Assembly: GCF_902712855.1 (NCBI RefSeq)
Contig: NZ_LR743507.1
Location: 2,012,253 to 2,036,252, forward strand
Direction of reading: 5' to 3'
Source: Variovorax paradoxus
GTDB taxonomy: Bacteria; Pseudomonadota; Gammaproteobacteria; Burkholderiales; Burkholderiaceae_C
Length of the DNA: 24,000 nucleotides
Shown in pieces: positions 1 through 9,532 of the stretch (position 1 is its first letter; each line of letters begins with the position of its first letter). The notes under the pieces were generated by a model. It saw only the letters and a program-made list of their open reading frames with translations. It was not told the origin of the DNA and did not search any database. The translations under genes and the position numbers were made by a program.

Positions 1-137
1 CCGACGAGGATGGCATGGAGGTGGACGAACACCTCGTGATCGTCGCGGGCGGCAAGACCCGAAAGATCGACCGTTCGAAGATCGACAACGAGCCGGTGCT
101 GCTGGCCTGCCTTCTGCAGCGGCTGCCGGCCGAGTGA
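1..137 (+). CDS. 3' end of an unidentified CDS (partial, start outside window); ends ...NEPVLLACLLQRLPAE*
   Basis: Open frame from the window edge to TGA at 135-137. Third codon positions are almost all G/C, matching the other genes here. No family recognised from 44 residues. Confidence 0.5.
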   Translation, partial: DEDGMEVDEHLVIVAGGKTRKIDRSKIDNEPVLLACLLQRLPAE

Positions 138-208
138 ATCCTCTTCCTCTCTTTTCCGCTCCTTCCTTTTTTCAACCACTCCAACAGACGCAAAGCGAAT
201 TCAAGAAA

Positions 209-682
209 ATGGAAATCTACAGCTCCGCCGCCCAACAAGAGAAGACCCGCCAGGACCGCCCGGTGTTCTATTCGCGCTCGCGCCTGATCGCGGGAATCGT
301 GCTGTGGGCGGTGGTGACCGTGCTGCTGGCGGTGGTGTGCATCCGCGCGAAGGACAAGAACGTCGGCATCCTCATCGCGGCATGCTTCGCGCTGCTCACG
401 GCGTGGCTGACCTTCAAGTGCTTCAACACGCTGCGCAACATCGCGCAGCCGGCGTTCGTGGTCGGCCACCAGGGCCTGGCCTTCGAGAACGGCATGGTGA
501 TCCCGTGGCACAACATCGTGGAGAACATCTGGGTCAACCAGAGCTACATGGGCATCCCGATCGGCAAGCAGATCCAGATCAGGACCGACCTGCCCAAGCC
601 GCAGGCACGCGTCCTGCGCCGCGCGATGGCGCTCGAGATCTCGGGCGACGAATACCTCGCGCTGTGCGACGCCTATCGCTGA
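209..682 (+). CDS. Hypothetical small membrane protein (two predicted TM helices, then a soluble C-terminal domain)
   Basis: The track ORF is 134-682. I prefer ATG 209 (MEIYSS...) because 137-208 is a T/C-rich, low-GC3 stretch that does not look coding. GTG 134 does overlap the upstream stop as GTGA, so the longer form is not excluded. Hydrophobic segments are LIAGIVLWAVVTVLLAVVCI and VGILIAACFALLTAWLTF. No family recognised. Confidence 0.55.
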   Translation: MEIYSSAAQQEKTRQDRPVFYSRSRLIAGIVLWAVVTVLLAVVCIRAKDKNVGILIAACFALLTAWLTFKCFNTLRNIAQPAFVVGHQGLAFENGMVIPWHNIVENIWVNQSYMGIPIGKQIQIRTDLPKPQARVLRRAMALEISGDEYLALCDAYR

Positions 683-789
683 TGCGCTGATGCCGCGAGG
701 CGGAAAGGGCCCTCGGGCCGCGGGGCTGTTCAAGGGGCCGTTCGATAAACTGGCCGCGTGAAATCCTCTTCCGAGCCTCCCAGTAGGCC

Positions 790-832
790 GCTGGCGCCGC
801 CAGCTTCCGCCTGCCGCGTTGCGCCGCAACGC
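790..832 (+). other. Two consecutive GC-rich stem-loops in the 245-nt region upstream of the TerC-family gene
   Basis: Hairpin 790-804 is gctggc/gcc/gccagc (6-bp stem, 3-nt loop). Hairpin 816-832 is gcgttgc/gcc/gcaacgc (7-bp stem, 3-nt loop). Both have a GCC triloop. Function unknown: leader structure or terminator of the upstream gene. Confidence 0.3.
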
Positions 833-927
833 TTCCCCCACGCCTTCCCCATCCCGTCGCCCGACATGGCCCGCGCCATGCCGGGCCGCACCCGCTTGCA
901 CTCTGCGTGCATTGCGCCCGACACGCC

Positions 928-2508
928 ATGATCGAACTGCTCACCGACCCGGCCGCCTGGATCGGTCTCCTGACGCTGGTCGTCCTGGAGATCGTGCTGG
1001 GCATCGACAACCTGATCTTCATCGCCATCCTGGCCGAGAAGCTGCCGCCGCACCAGCGCGACAAGGCGCGCCTCATCGGCCTGAGCCTGGCGCTGTTCAT
1101 GCGCCTGGCGCTGCTGTCGGTGGTCTCGTGGCTGGTCACGCTGACCACGCCGCTCTTCACCGTGTTCGGGCAGGGCTTCTCGGGGCGCGACCTGATCCTG
1201 CTGGTGGGCGGCCTGTTCCTGCTGTTCAAGGCCACTTCCGAACTGCACGAGCGGCTCGAGGGCGTGACGCACACGGCCACGAGCTCGGCGGCGTACGCCA
1301 GCTTCACGCTGGTGGTCACGCAGATCGTGGTGCTCGACGCGGTGTTCTCGCTCGACGCGGTGATCACCGCCGTGGGCATGGTCGAGCACCTGCCGGTGAT
1401 GATGGCCGCGGTGGTCATCTCGATCGTCATCATGCTGTGGGCATCGAAGCCGCTCACCCGTTTCGTCAACGCGCACCCGACCGTGGTGGTGCTGTGCCTG
1501 AGCTTCCTGCTGATGATCGGCCTGAGCCTCGTGGCCGAGGGCCTGGGCTTCCACATCCCTAAGGGCTACCTGTACGGCGCCATCGGCTTCTCCGTGATGA
1601 TCGAGGCGCTGAACCAGTGGGCCAGGCGCAACGCGATGAAGCACGAGGCACGCCGGCCGCTGCGCGACCGCACCGCGGAATCGATCATCCGCCTGCTGGG
1701 CGGCCGCGCGCGCGGCGAGCCCGCGCTGGCCGGGGCCGCGCCCGATGCCGGCTCGGCCCCGGAGCCCGCCTTCGCAGTGGAAGAACGCAACATGGTGAGC
1801 GGCGTGCTGTCGCTGGCCGAGCGCACCGTGCGCTCGGTGATGACGCCGCGCGCCGACATCTCGTGGGTGGACCTGAACGACGACCCGGAGGCGGTGCGCG
1901 AGCAGCTGCTCGACACGCCGCACGGCATCTTTCCCGTGTGCCGCGGCTCGCTCGACGAGGTCGTCGGCGTGGCGCGCGCCAAGGACCTGCTGGGCCAGTT
2001 GCTGCGGCATGGACGCATCGACGAGAGCGGCGGCCTGCGCGCGCCGGTCTACGTGCCGGAGTCGACCACCGCGATCCGCCTGATCGACACGCTGCGCGGC
2101 GCGCGCGGGCAGCTCGCGCTGGTGAACGACGAGCACGGCACGCTCACCGGCGTGGTGACGCCCATCGACGTGCTGGAAGCCATTGCCGGCGAGTTCCCCG
2201 ACGAGGACGAGACGCTGGAGATCCAGCAGACCGCACCCGATGCCTGGACCGTGTCGGGCAGCGCCGACCTCCACCTGCTGGAGCAGGCGCTGCAGACGCA
2301 CGGTCTGGTCGGCGACGACGACAGCTACACCTCGGTGGCGGGCTTCCTGCTGGCGCGCTTCGGCGGCCTCCCGCCGGCGCATGCGAACTGGGTGCACGAC
2401 GGGTACGATTTCGTCGTGACCGATGTCGATGCGCAGCGCATCCGCACCGTCGAAGTCCGCCGGCTGTCCGCGGACGAGCCCTCCGACCACCTGAGCACCG
2501 CACCATGA
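928..2508 (+). CDS. TerC-family integral membrane protein fused to a CBS pair and a CorC/HlyC C-terminal domain (E. coli YoaE-like)
   Basis: The N-terminus [49 protein letters not shown] matches the TerC/YoaE N-terminus as I remember it. Multiple TM segments are followed by a soluble CBS/CorC-type region (...[16 protein letters not shown]..., ...[24 protein letters not shown]...). ATG 928 is preferred over the track's GTG 907. Confidence 0.9.
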   Translation: MIELLTDPAAWIGLLTLVVLEIVLGIDNLIFIAILAEKLPPHQRDKARLIGLSLALFMRLALLSVVSWLVTLTTPLFTVFGQGFSGRDLILLVGGLFLLFKATSELHERLEGVTHTATSSAAYASFTLVVTQIVVLDAVFSLDAVITAVGMVEHLPVMMAAVVISIVIMLWASKPLTRFVNAHPTVVVLCLSFLLMIGLSLVAEGLGFHIPKGYLYGAIGFSVMIEALNQWARRNAMKHEARRPLRDRTAESIIRLLGGRARGEPALAGAAPDAGSAPEPAFAVEERNMVSGVLSLAERTVRSVMTPRADISWVDLNDDPEAVREQLLDTPHGIFPVCRGSLDEVVGVARAKDLLGQLLRHGRIDESGGLRAPVYVPESTTAIRLIDTLRGARGQLALVNDEHGTLTGVVTPIDVLEAIAGEFPDEDETLEIQQTAPDAWTVSGSADLHLLEQALQTHGLVGDDDSYTSVAGFLLARFGGLPPAHANWVHDGYDFVVTDVDAQRIRTVEVRRLSADEPSDHLSTAP

Positions 2509-3113
2509 ACAACGCCGCGCACCGCCGACCCGTCCCGCTCGAGAAGGCCTACCGCCTGATGAACCACGGGCCCACCGTGCTCGTGAGTGCCGCGCACGGC
2601 GGGCAGCGCAACATCATGGCGGCCGCCTGGGCCATGCCGCTGGACTTCGCCCCCCCGAAGGTGGCCGTGGTGCTCGACAAGAGCACCTGGACCCGCGTGC
2701 TGCTCGAGGGTGCCGGCAGCTTCGCGCTGCAGGTGCCCGTGCGCGCGCAGCTCGACCTGACCGAAGCGCTGGGCAGCAGCTCGGGCCGGGAGATCGTCGA
2801 GCAGTCGGGCCGCGACAAGTTCGCCGCCTACGGGCTCGAGACATTCGCCGGCACCGCCACCGACGCGCCGCTGCTCGAGGGCTGCGCGGCCTGGCTCGAA
2901 TGCCGGCTGCTGCCCGAGGCGCACATCCAGGAGCGCTACGACCTGTTCCTGGGCGAGGTGATCGCCGCGCAGGCCGACGCGCGCGTGTTCGCCAACGGGC
3001 GCTGGGACTTCACCGGGCACGACGAACTGCGCACGCTGCACCATGTGGCGGGCGGGCACTTCATCGTCGACGGCGACGCGGTCGACGCGAAGCCCCTGGC
3101 GCCCCGCGCCTAG
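2505..3113 (+). CDS. Flavin reductase-like FMN-binding domain protein (DIM6/NTAB family)
   Basis: The real gene is the last 202 codons of track ORF 1617-3113, starting [51 protein letters not shown] 2505-2507 overlaps the TerC stop 2506-2508 (ATGA). The family call rests on overall resemblance only. Confidence 0.75.
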   Translation: MNNAAHRRPVPLEKAYRLMNHGPTVLVSAAHGGQRNIMAAAWAMPLDFAPPKVAVVLDKSTWTRVLLEGAGSFALQVPVRAQLDLTEALGSSSGREIVEQSGRDKFAAYGLETFAGTATDAPLLEGCAAWLECRLLPEAHIQERYDLFLGEVIAAQADARVFANGRWDFTGHDELRTLHHVAGGHFIVDGDAVDAKPLAPRA

Positions 3114-3128
3114 GGCGTGTCCACACTA

Positions 3129-3147
3129 TTTCCGGCAACGCCGGAAA
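3129..3147. terminator. Perfect 8-bp stem / 3-nt loop hairpin between convergent genes (possible bidirectional terminator)
   Basis: tttccggc-aac-gccggaaa lies in the 43-bp gap between the flavin reductase stop (3113) and the CPBP stop (3157). There is no clear U-tract, so its terminator role is uncertain. Confidence 0.4.
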
Positions 3148-3156
3148 CGCCCTGGT

Positions 3157-3966
3157 TCAGCCCCGCGGCGCAGCGCCCTGCGCCTTGCGGGGCAGCAGCA
3201 TCGCGCGCAGCACCAGCACGCCGCACACGGCGGCGACAAGAGCGACCACCACGGCCCACACCAGGCGCGACGGCGTGATGTCGTCGAGCCGTTCGGCCAG
3301 CAGCAGGGTGGTGGTGTTGTAGGCCGCATGCAGCGCGATGCACGGAATGAGCGAGCGGGTGCGTTCGTAGAGCCATGCGAGCACCGTGCCCATCACGAAG
3401 CCGACCACGAACTGGTAGATGTTCATGTGCGCCGCGCCGAACAGCAGCGCCGACATGAAGATGGCCTGCCAGCGCGGGTAGCGCCGCAGGAAGCCGCGCA
3501 GCACGATGCCGCGGAACAGCATCTCCTCCAGCATCGGCGCCATCACGCACACCGCGAGCACCGCGGCCACGCTGCCGTCGGCCATCCGGCTGAAGTACGA
3601 CTGCTCCCAAGCCGAAGGCGGCACCAGCAGCGTGAGCAACTGCAGTGCCGAGGTGAGCGTCAGAAGCAGGGCGGGCACGAGCAGCAGCACCGGGGGCACC
3701 ACCAGCATCAGCGTGGCGCGCACGGAAGATGGCGCGTGATGGAAGAGTTCGCGGTAGGTGAGCTGCTGGAAATGCATCACGACCGCGAAGATCAGCCCGT
3801 TGCCCAGCACGGCCGAGAGCACGCCGATCTGCATGGTGTTGAGGCCAAGCCAGCCATTGGCGTCGCGCAGCGCCGCACCCACGACGAACTCGCAGAGGAA
3901 CAGCGCCACGAAGAGCAGGGCAGCCTGTGCGGCTGAGGGGAAGGCCGCGCCTTTGGGCGAGTGCAT
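3157..3966 (-). CDS. CPBP family intramembrane glutamic endopeptidase (CAAX protease / Abi-like)
   Basis: 269-aa polytopic membrane protein carrying the three CPBP signature motifs: EEMLFRG (EExxxR), FGAAH (FxxxH) and HAAYN (HxxxN). Confidence 0.85.
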   Translation of the reverse strand: MHSPKGAAFPSAAQAALLFVALFLCEFVVGAALRDANGWLGLNTMQIGVLSAVLGNGLIFAVVMHFQQLTYRELFHHAPSSVRATLMLVVPPVLLLVPALLLTLTSALQLLTLLVPPSAWEQSYFSRMADGSVAAVLAVCVMAPMLEEMLFRGIVLRGFLRRYPRWQAIFMSALLFGAAHMNIYQFVVGFVMGTVLAWLYERTRSLIPCIALHAAYNTTTLLLAERLDDITPSRLVWAVVVALVAAVCGVLVLRAMLLPRKAQGAAPRG

Positions 3967-3985
3967 CGGGAACGGCGGCGGCGCG

Positions 3986-4546
3986 CTACAGCACGAAGGG
4001 AATGAAGCGCCGCGTGCCGCGCATGTAGTCGCGGTAGTCGTTGCCGAAGTGCGCGATGCATTCCTGCTCGTCGCGCAGCGCCGTCAGGAACAGCAGCACG
4101 GTGGCCGCGAGCACCAGCGCCAGCGTGAGCCAGGTGAACTGCTTGAGGAAGGCGCCCCATGCGAGCAGCATGAGCGCCGTGTACATCGGGTGGCGGATGT
4201 AGCGGAAGGCGCCGCTGCGCACGATCGAGGAGGTCTTCTCGAAGCCGTACAGCGCGGGGTCGTCATCACGCGCGTCGGTGGGCTTGCCCTGTGCCTTGAG
4301 CAGCCGCACCGCATGGATCGGCAACCAGATCGACAGCGCGAAGAACAGCGTGGAGACGACCTGCTTCGGCGAGAACGGATCGTCATGCCACATCGGCAGG
4401 TTCAGCACGATCAGCACCAGCATGCATTCCCACGCGAAGAAGCGGTAGAAGCCGTGCGAGCCGGGCCGGCTGAGCGGCCCGCGCGACACGTACAGCAAGG
4501 CGGCGGTGCCGGCGGCGAGAAGGACGATCTGGAACCAGAAGAGCAT
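3986..4546 (-). CDS. Isoprenylcysteine carboxyl methyltransferase (ICMT/PEMT)-family membrane methyltransferase
   Basis: 186-aa membrane protein with GAFRYIRHPMYTALML (RHPxY core) and a C-terminal DEQECIAHFGNDYRDYMRGTRRFIP (EE..FG..Y..Y...P pattern) typical of ICMT/Ste14-like enzymes. It lies 19 bp upstream of the CPBP gene on the same strand. Confidence 0.8.
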   Translation of the reverse strand: MLFWFQIVLLAAGTAALLYVSRGPLSRPGSHGFYRFFAWECMLVLIVLNLPMWHDDPFSPKQVVSTLFFALSIWLPIHAVRLLKAQGKPTDARDDDPALYGFEKTSSIVRSGAFRYIRHPMYTALMLLAWGAFLKQFTWLTLALVLAATVLLFLTALRDEQECIAHFGNDYRDYMRGTRRFIPFVL

Positions 4547-4588
4547 GGCGGCCGAATTTACACGGCCCGGCCCATGCCCGGGCGCATA

Positions 4589-6649
4589 TCAGGCTGCGCT
4601 GGCCTCGGGTTTCTTGGAGACCAGCGTCAGGATGTCGTAGCTGGCCACCAGCTCGCCGTCCTGGTTGGTCACCTCGACGTCCCAGGCCACCACGCCCTGG
4701 CCCTGGCCCGTGGCATCCTTCTTGTTGCGGTCGATCTTGCGCTTGCAGGTCAGGCGCGCGCGGATGGTGTCGCCGATGCCCACCGGCTTGGTGAAGCGCA
4801 GCGTGTCCAGGCCGTAGTTGGCCAGCACCGGGCCGGGCGCGGGCGAGACGAACAGGCCGGCGGCCGCCGACAGCACGAAATAGCCGTGCGCGATGCGCTT
4901 GCCGAAGGGCGATTCCTTCGCGGCGATCTCGTCGAAGTGCATGTAGAAATAGTCGCCCGACAGGCCGCCGAAGGCGACGATGTCGGCCTCGCCCACCGTG
5001 CGGCGGTGCGTGAGCAGCGAATCGCCCACGCGCAGGTCCTCGAAGTAGCGGCGGAAGGGGTGCACCTCGCTCTCGCGAACGGCCGCGCCGCGCACATGCT
5101 CGCCGGTGATGGCGGCCAGCATGGTGGGCGAGCCCTGCACCGCGGTGCGCTGCAGATAGTGTTTCACCGCGCGCAGGCCGCCGAGTTCCTCGCCGCCGCC
5201 GGCGCGTCCCGGGCCGCCATGCTTGAGCTGCGGCAGCGGTGAACCGTGGCCGGTCGATTCGGTGGCGGCTTCGCGGTCGAGCACCAGCAGGCGGCCGTGC
5301 CAGGCGGCAGCCACCGGAATGGCCTTGGCCGCGATGGCCGGGTCGCGCGTGACCAGCGTTCCCACGAGGCTGCCGCGGCCGCGCGCGGCCAGCGCGAGCG
5401 CTTCGTCGATGCCGTCGTAGGGCATCAGCGTGCTGACGGGGCCGAAGGCTTCGACGTCGTGCGCCGCGTCGTGCTCGAGCGGCTTGCGGCTCAGCAGCAG
5501 CGTGGGCGCGAAGAAGGCGCCCTCGGCCACGCCGTCGCCCACGGGCGAGAAGCCGTCGCGCTCGCCGTACACCAGCTCCGCGCCCTGCAGCAGCGTGGCC
5601 ACGCGCTCGGCCACGTCGGCCTGCTGGTCGCGCGAGGCGAGGGCGCCCATGCGCACGTTCTCGAGCGAGGGGTCGCCCACCACGGTCTTGGCCAGCCGCG
5701 CGCGCAGGCGCTCGGCCACCGCGTCGAGGTGCTGGCGCGGCACGATCGCGCGGCGGATGGCCGTGCACTTCTGGCCGGCCTTGGTGGTCATCTCGCGCGC
5801 CACTTCCTTCACGAAGAGGTCGAACTCCTCGTCGTCGGGCGTGACGTCGGGCGCGAGGATCGCGCAGTTGAGCGAGTCGGCCTCGGCGTTGAACGGGATC
5901 GACTGGTGCACGATGTTCGGGTGCACGCGCAGCTTCGCGGCGGTGTCGGCCGAGCCGGTGAAGGTGACCACGTCGGGGCCTTCGAGCCGGTCGAGCAGGT
6001 CGCCCGTGCTGCCGATGACCAGCTGCAGCGCGCCCTCGGGCAGGATGCCCGACTGCACGATGAGCCGCACCGCGGCCTCGGTGAGGTAGCTGGTGGCCGT
6101 GGCCGGCTTGCCGATGCAGGGCATGCCCGCGAGGAAGCTGGGCGCGAACTTCTCGAGCAGGCCCCACACCGGGAAGTTGAACGCGTCGATGTGCACCGCC
6201 ACGCCGCCGCGCGGCACCAGGATGTGCGTGCCCGCGAAGCCGCCCTTCTTGCCCAGCGGGAAGGCGGGGCCTTCATGCACAAGGTTGCCCGATGGCAGCT
6301 CGTTGGTGCCGATGCCGGCGTAGGCGCTCAGCGTGCCGGCGCCGCCCTCGATGTCGATCCAGCTGTCCGCGCGCGTGGCGCCGGTATGGGCCGAGATGGC
6401 GTAGAGCGTTTCCTTGTTCGCCGCCAGGTATTTGGCCAGCGCCTTCAGCCGTTCGGCGCGCTGCTGGAAGTCGAGCTTCATGAGCGCTGGAATGCCGGTG
6501 CGGCGCGCGTACTGCAGCGCCTCGGCGAAGTCGATGGCCTCGGCGTGCGTCGCGGCGACGGGCTTGCCGTTGACGGCGCTGTGCAGCTGCTGCGAAGCCT
6601 TCTGGCCGATCCAGCGGCCGGCGATGTAGCTTTGGAGGGTGGTGGTCAT
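4589..6649 (-). CDS. paaZ: Bifunctional oxepin-CoA hydrolase / 3-oxo-5,6-dehydrosuberyl-CoA semialdehyde dehydrogenase PaaZ (ALDH domain plus C-terminal MaoC hot-dog domain)
   Basis: 686 aa. It has an N-terminal aldehyde-dehydrogenase-like region and a C-terminal MaoC-like dehydratase region (...[16 protein letters not shown]...[15 protein letters not shown]...). Size and architecture match PaaZ, and it sits in a paa cluster. Confidence 0.93.
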   Translation of the reverse strand: MTTTLQSYIAGRWIGQKASQQLHSAVNGKPVAATHAEAIDFAEALQYARRTGIPALMKLDFQQRAERLKALAKYLAANKETLYAISAHTGATRADSWIDIEGGAGTLSAYAGIGTNELPSGNLVHEGPAFPLGKKGGFAGTHILVPRGGVAVHIDAFNFPVWGLLEKFAPSFLAGMPCIGKPATATSYLTEAAVRLIVQSGILPEGALQLVIGSTGDLLDRLEGPDVVTFTGSADTAAKLRVHPNIVHQSIPFNAEADSLNCAILAPDVTPDDEEFDLFVKEVAREMTTKAGQKCTAIRRAIVPRQHLDAVAERLRARLAKTVVGDPSLENVRMGALASRDQQADVAERVATLLQGAELVYGERDGFSPVGDGVAEGAFFAPTLLLSRKPLEHDAAHDVEAFGPVSTLMPYDGIDEALALAARGRGSLVGTLVTRDPAIAAKAIPVAAAWHGRLLVLDREAATESTGHGSPLPQLKHGGPGRAGGGEELGGLRAVKHYLQRTAVQGSPTMLAAITGEHVRGAAVRESEVHPFRRYFEDLRVGDSLLTHRRTVGEADIVAFGGLSGDYFYMHFDEIAAKESPFGKRIAHGYFVLSAAAGLFVSPAPGPVLANYGLDTLRFTKPVGIGDTIRARLTCKRKIDRNKKDATGQGQGVVAWDVEVTNQDGELVASYDILTLVSKKPEASAA

Positions 6650-6685
6650 GGTGCGTGTGTCCTTCGACTGTGAGTTGCCTTGCTA

Positions 6686-6794
6686 CTTCCCCCTCAGAGG
6701 GAAGGCGGGGATGGGGGCAAGCGGCGCTGGTTCGGCGCGGTGCTCTGTCGGACGCCGCGTGCCCCCACCCCAACCCTCCCCCGGAAGGGGAGGG
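6686..6794. repeat. Composite palindromic (BIME/REP-pair-like) intergenic element, type 2
   Basis: Left hairpin is cttccc-N7-gggaag (6686-6704). Right hairpin is ccctcccc-cggaa-ggggaggg (6774-6794, 8-bp stem). Between them, arm ggcggggatgggggcaagcggcg (6704-6726) matches the reverse complement of 6753-6775 at 19 of 23 positions by my hand alignment. It fills the gap between the ATPase stop and the paaZ start. Confidence 0.6.
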
Positions 6795-6806
6795 AGAAAA
6801 ACCGGA

Positions 6807-7618
<812 letters not shown>

Positions 7619-7622
<4 letters not shown>

Positions 7623-9532
7623 TGCGCGTCCTCCAGCAGCTCGTCGTCCGCGCCGCCGAGGTAGGCCTCGAGCACACGCGGGTTGGCCTGCACTTCGGCG
7701 GGCGTGCCGGTGGCGATGACGGTGCCGAACTCCAGCACGGTGATGCGGTCGGCGAGGTTCATCACGAATTCCATGTCATGTTCCACCACGAGGATGCCCA
7801 GGCCTTCGGCGCGCAGTTGCGCGAGCAGTTCCGACAGCGCGCGCTTCTCCAGGTGGCGCAGGCCGGCGGCCGGTTCGTCGAGCAGCAGCACCGAGGGCTG
7901 GCCCGCCAGCGCGCGCGCGATCTCGACCACGCGCTGCTGGCCCAGCGAGAGCGACGCGGCCGGCGTGTCGGCATGCGCGCCGAGGCCGCAACGCTCGATC
8001 TGCCTGCGTGCCTCGGCCATCAGCGCGGCTTCTTCCGCGCGGTCCAGCCGCAGCATCGCGGCGAGCCAGCCGCGCCTGGCGCGCAGGTGGGCGCCGAGCG
8101 CCACGTTCTCGATCACGCTGCGCTGGCCGAGCAGGCGCACGTGCTGGAAGGTGCGGCCCAGGCCCAGCGAAGCGAAGGCGCGCGAAGGCTTGCCCGTCAT
8201 GGGCTGGCCGGCCAGCCGCACCTCGCCGGTGGTGGGGTCGTCCACGCCCGAGATCATGTTGAAGAAGGTGCTCTTGCCGGCGCCGTTGGGGCCGATCAGC
8301 GCATGCACCTCGCCGGCCTTCAGGCTCATCGAGATGTCGTTGTTGGCGACCAGGCCGCCGAAGCGCTTGGTCACGCCGTCGGCCTGCAGCAGCAGCGTGC
8401 CGGTGGCCGGCAGCGCATGCTGCGCGAGCTGCTCGGTGCTCGAGACGGCCGGGCCGGCCGTGGCGGCGCGCGGCATTTCGCGCACCCATCGGCGCGTGAG
8501 CCGTGCCAGCGTGGGCCACAGGCCGTCCGCGAAGCGCTGCAGCACGAACAGCATCAGCAGGCCGAACACGATCACCTCGAAGTTGCCGCTGGTGCCCAGC
8601 AGCGCGGGCAGCACGTCCTGCAGCTTTTCCTTGAGCAGCGTGATCAGCGTAGCGCCGAGCACCGCGCCCCACAGGTGGCCCGCGCCGCCGACCACCGCCA
8701 TGAACAGCATCTCGATGCCGATGTTCAGGTTGAAGGGCGTGGGGTTCACGAAGCGCTGCATGTGCGCGTAGAGCCAGCCCGAGATGGCCGCCAGCAGCGC
8801 GGCCAGCACGAACAGCTTGATGCGGTGGCGCGCGGTGTCGACACCCATCGACTCGGCCATGAGCCGGCCGCCCTTCAGCGCGCGGATGGCGCGGCCTTCG
8901 CGCGAGTCGAGCAGGTTGTGCATGGCCCACAGCGCCAGCAGCAGCACCGCCCAGATCACCACGCCCAGCATGCGCGGCGTGGCGAACGAGAAGCCCGCCA
9001 CCACCAGCGGCGGAATGCCGGTGATGCCGGTCTGGCCGCCGAGGAACTCCATGTTGCCCAGCAGGAAGTACAGGCTCAGGCCCCATGCGATGGTGCACAG
9101 CGGCAGGTAGTGGCCAGAGAGCTTGAGCGTGACCGCGCCGAGCGCCCAGGCCAGCGCGAAGGTCAGCACCAGGCCCAGCAGCAGTCCGAGCCACGGCACC
9201 AGCGCGGAACCCGCGAGGCCGCCGAGCCAGCCGGCCGCGGTGGGCGAGGTGCAGATCCAGGCCGTGGCATAGGCGCCCATGCCGACGAACGCGGCCTGGC
9301 CGAAGGAGGTCATGCCGCCGACGCCGGTGAGCAGCACCAGGCCCACCGCCACCAGCGCGTACAGGCCGATGTTGCTGAGCACGGTGACGGTGAACGGGGG
9401 CAGCCAGCCCCAGGCCAGCGCGAGCGCGACGATGCACACCAGCGTGAGCACGCGCGGCGTGACCAGCGGACGGCCCTCGGGCACGGCGTTGGCGGCGGAA
9501 GACGAAGCAGTGGTCGATGAAGACGGGTTCAT
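7619..9532 (-). CDS. Fused HAAT-family ABC permease (LivM-like, N-terminal) and ATP-binding protein (LivG-like, C-terminal)
   Basis: The real gene is the C-terminal 637 codons of track ORF 7619-10564, starting [11 protein letters not shown]... Multi-TM permease sequence runs without a stop into [43 protein letters not shown] (Walker A), LSLGQQR (signature) and LLLDEP (Walker B). ATG 9530-9532 overlaps the upstream permease stop (ATGA). Confidence 0.9.

Noticed and set aside
683-927. Possible yybP-ykoY (Mn2+) riboswitch upstream of the TerC-family gene.
   Set aside because: I could not find the conserved core segments I associate with that motif (GGAGAGUAG-like and the paired conserved loops). 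Only generic GC hairpins are present. A covariance-model scan (Rfam) would be needed to exclude it formally.
730-2490. Very long ORFs antisense to, or out of frame with, the recognised genes. Examples are 730-2490(-), 4383-6167(-), 5246-6673(+), 7541-9520(+), 7776-9437(-), 9517-10584(+), 10581-12134(+), 13752-15260(+), 15696-17279(+), 17304-18626(+) and 21139-23142(+).
   Set aside because: Their translations are low-complexity Arg/Ala/Gly/Pro/His-rich strings with no recognisable motifs. Each lies opposite, or frame-shifted to, a gene with clear family signatures. Stop-poor alternate frames are expected at this GC content.
4547-4588. Hairpin gcccgg-N7-ccgggc (4565-4583) between paaZ and the ICMT-like gene, as a possible operon terminator.
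   Set aside because: It has only a 6-bp stem and no following U-tract on the transcribed strand. That is insufficient to decide whether the ICMT/CPBP pair is separated from, or co-transcribed with, the paa operon.
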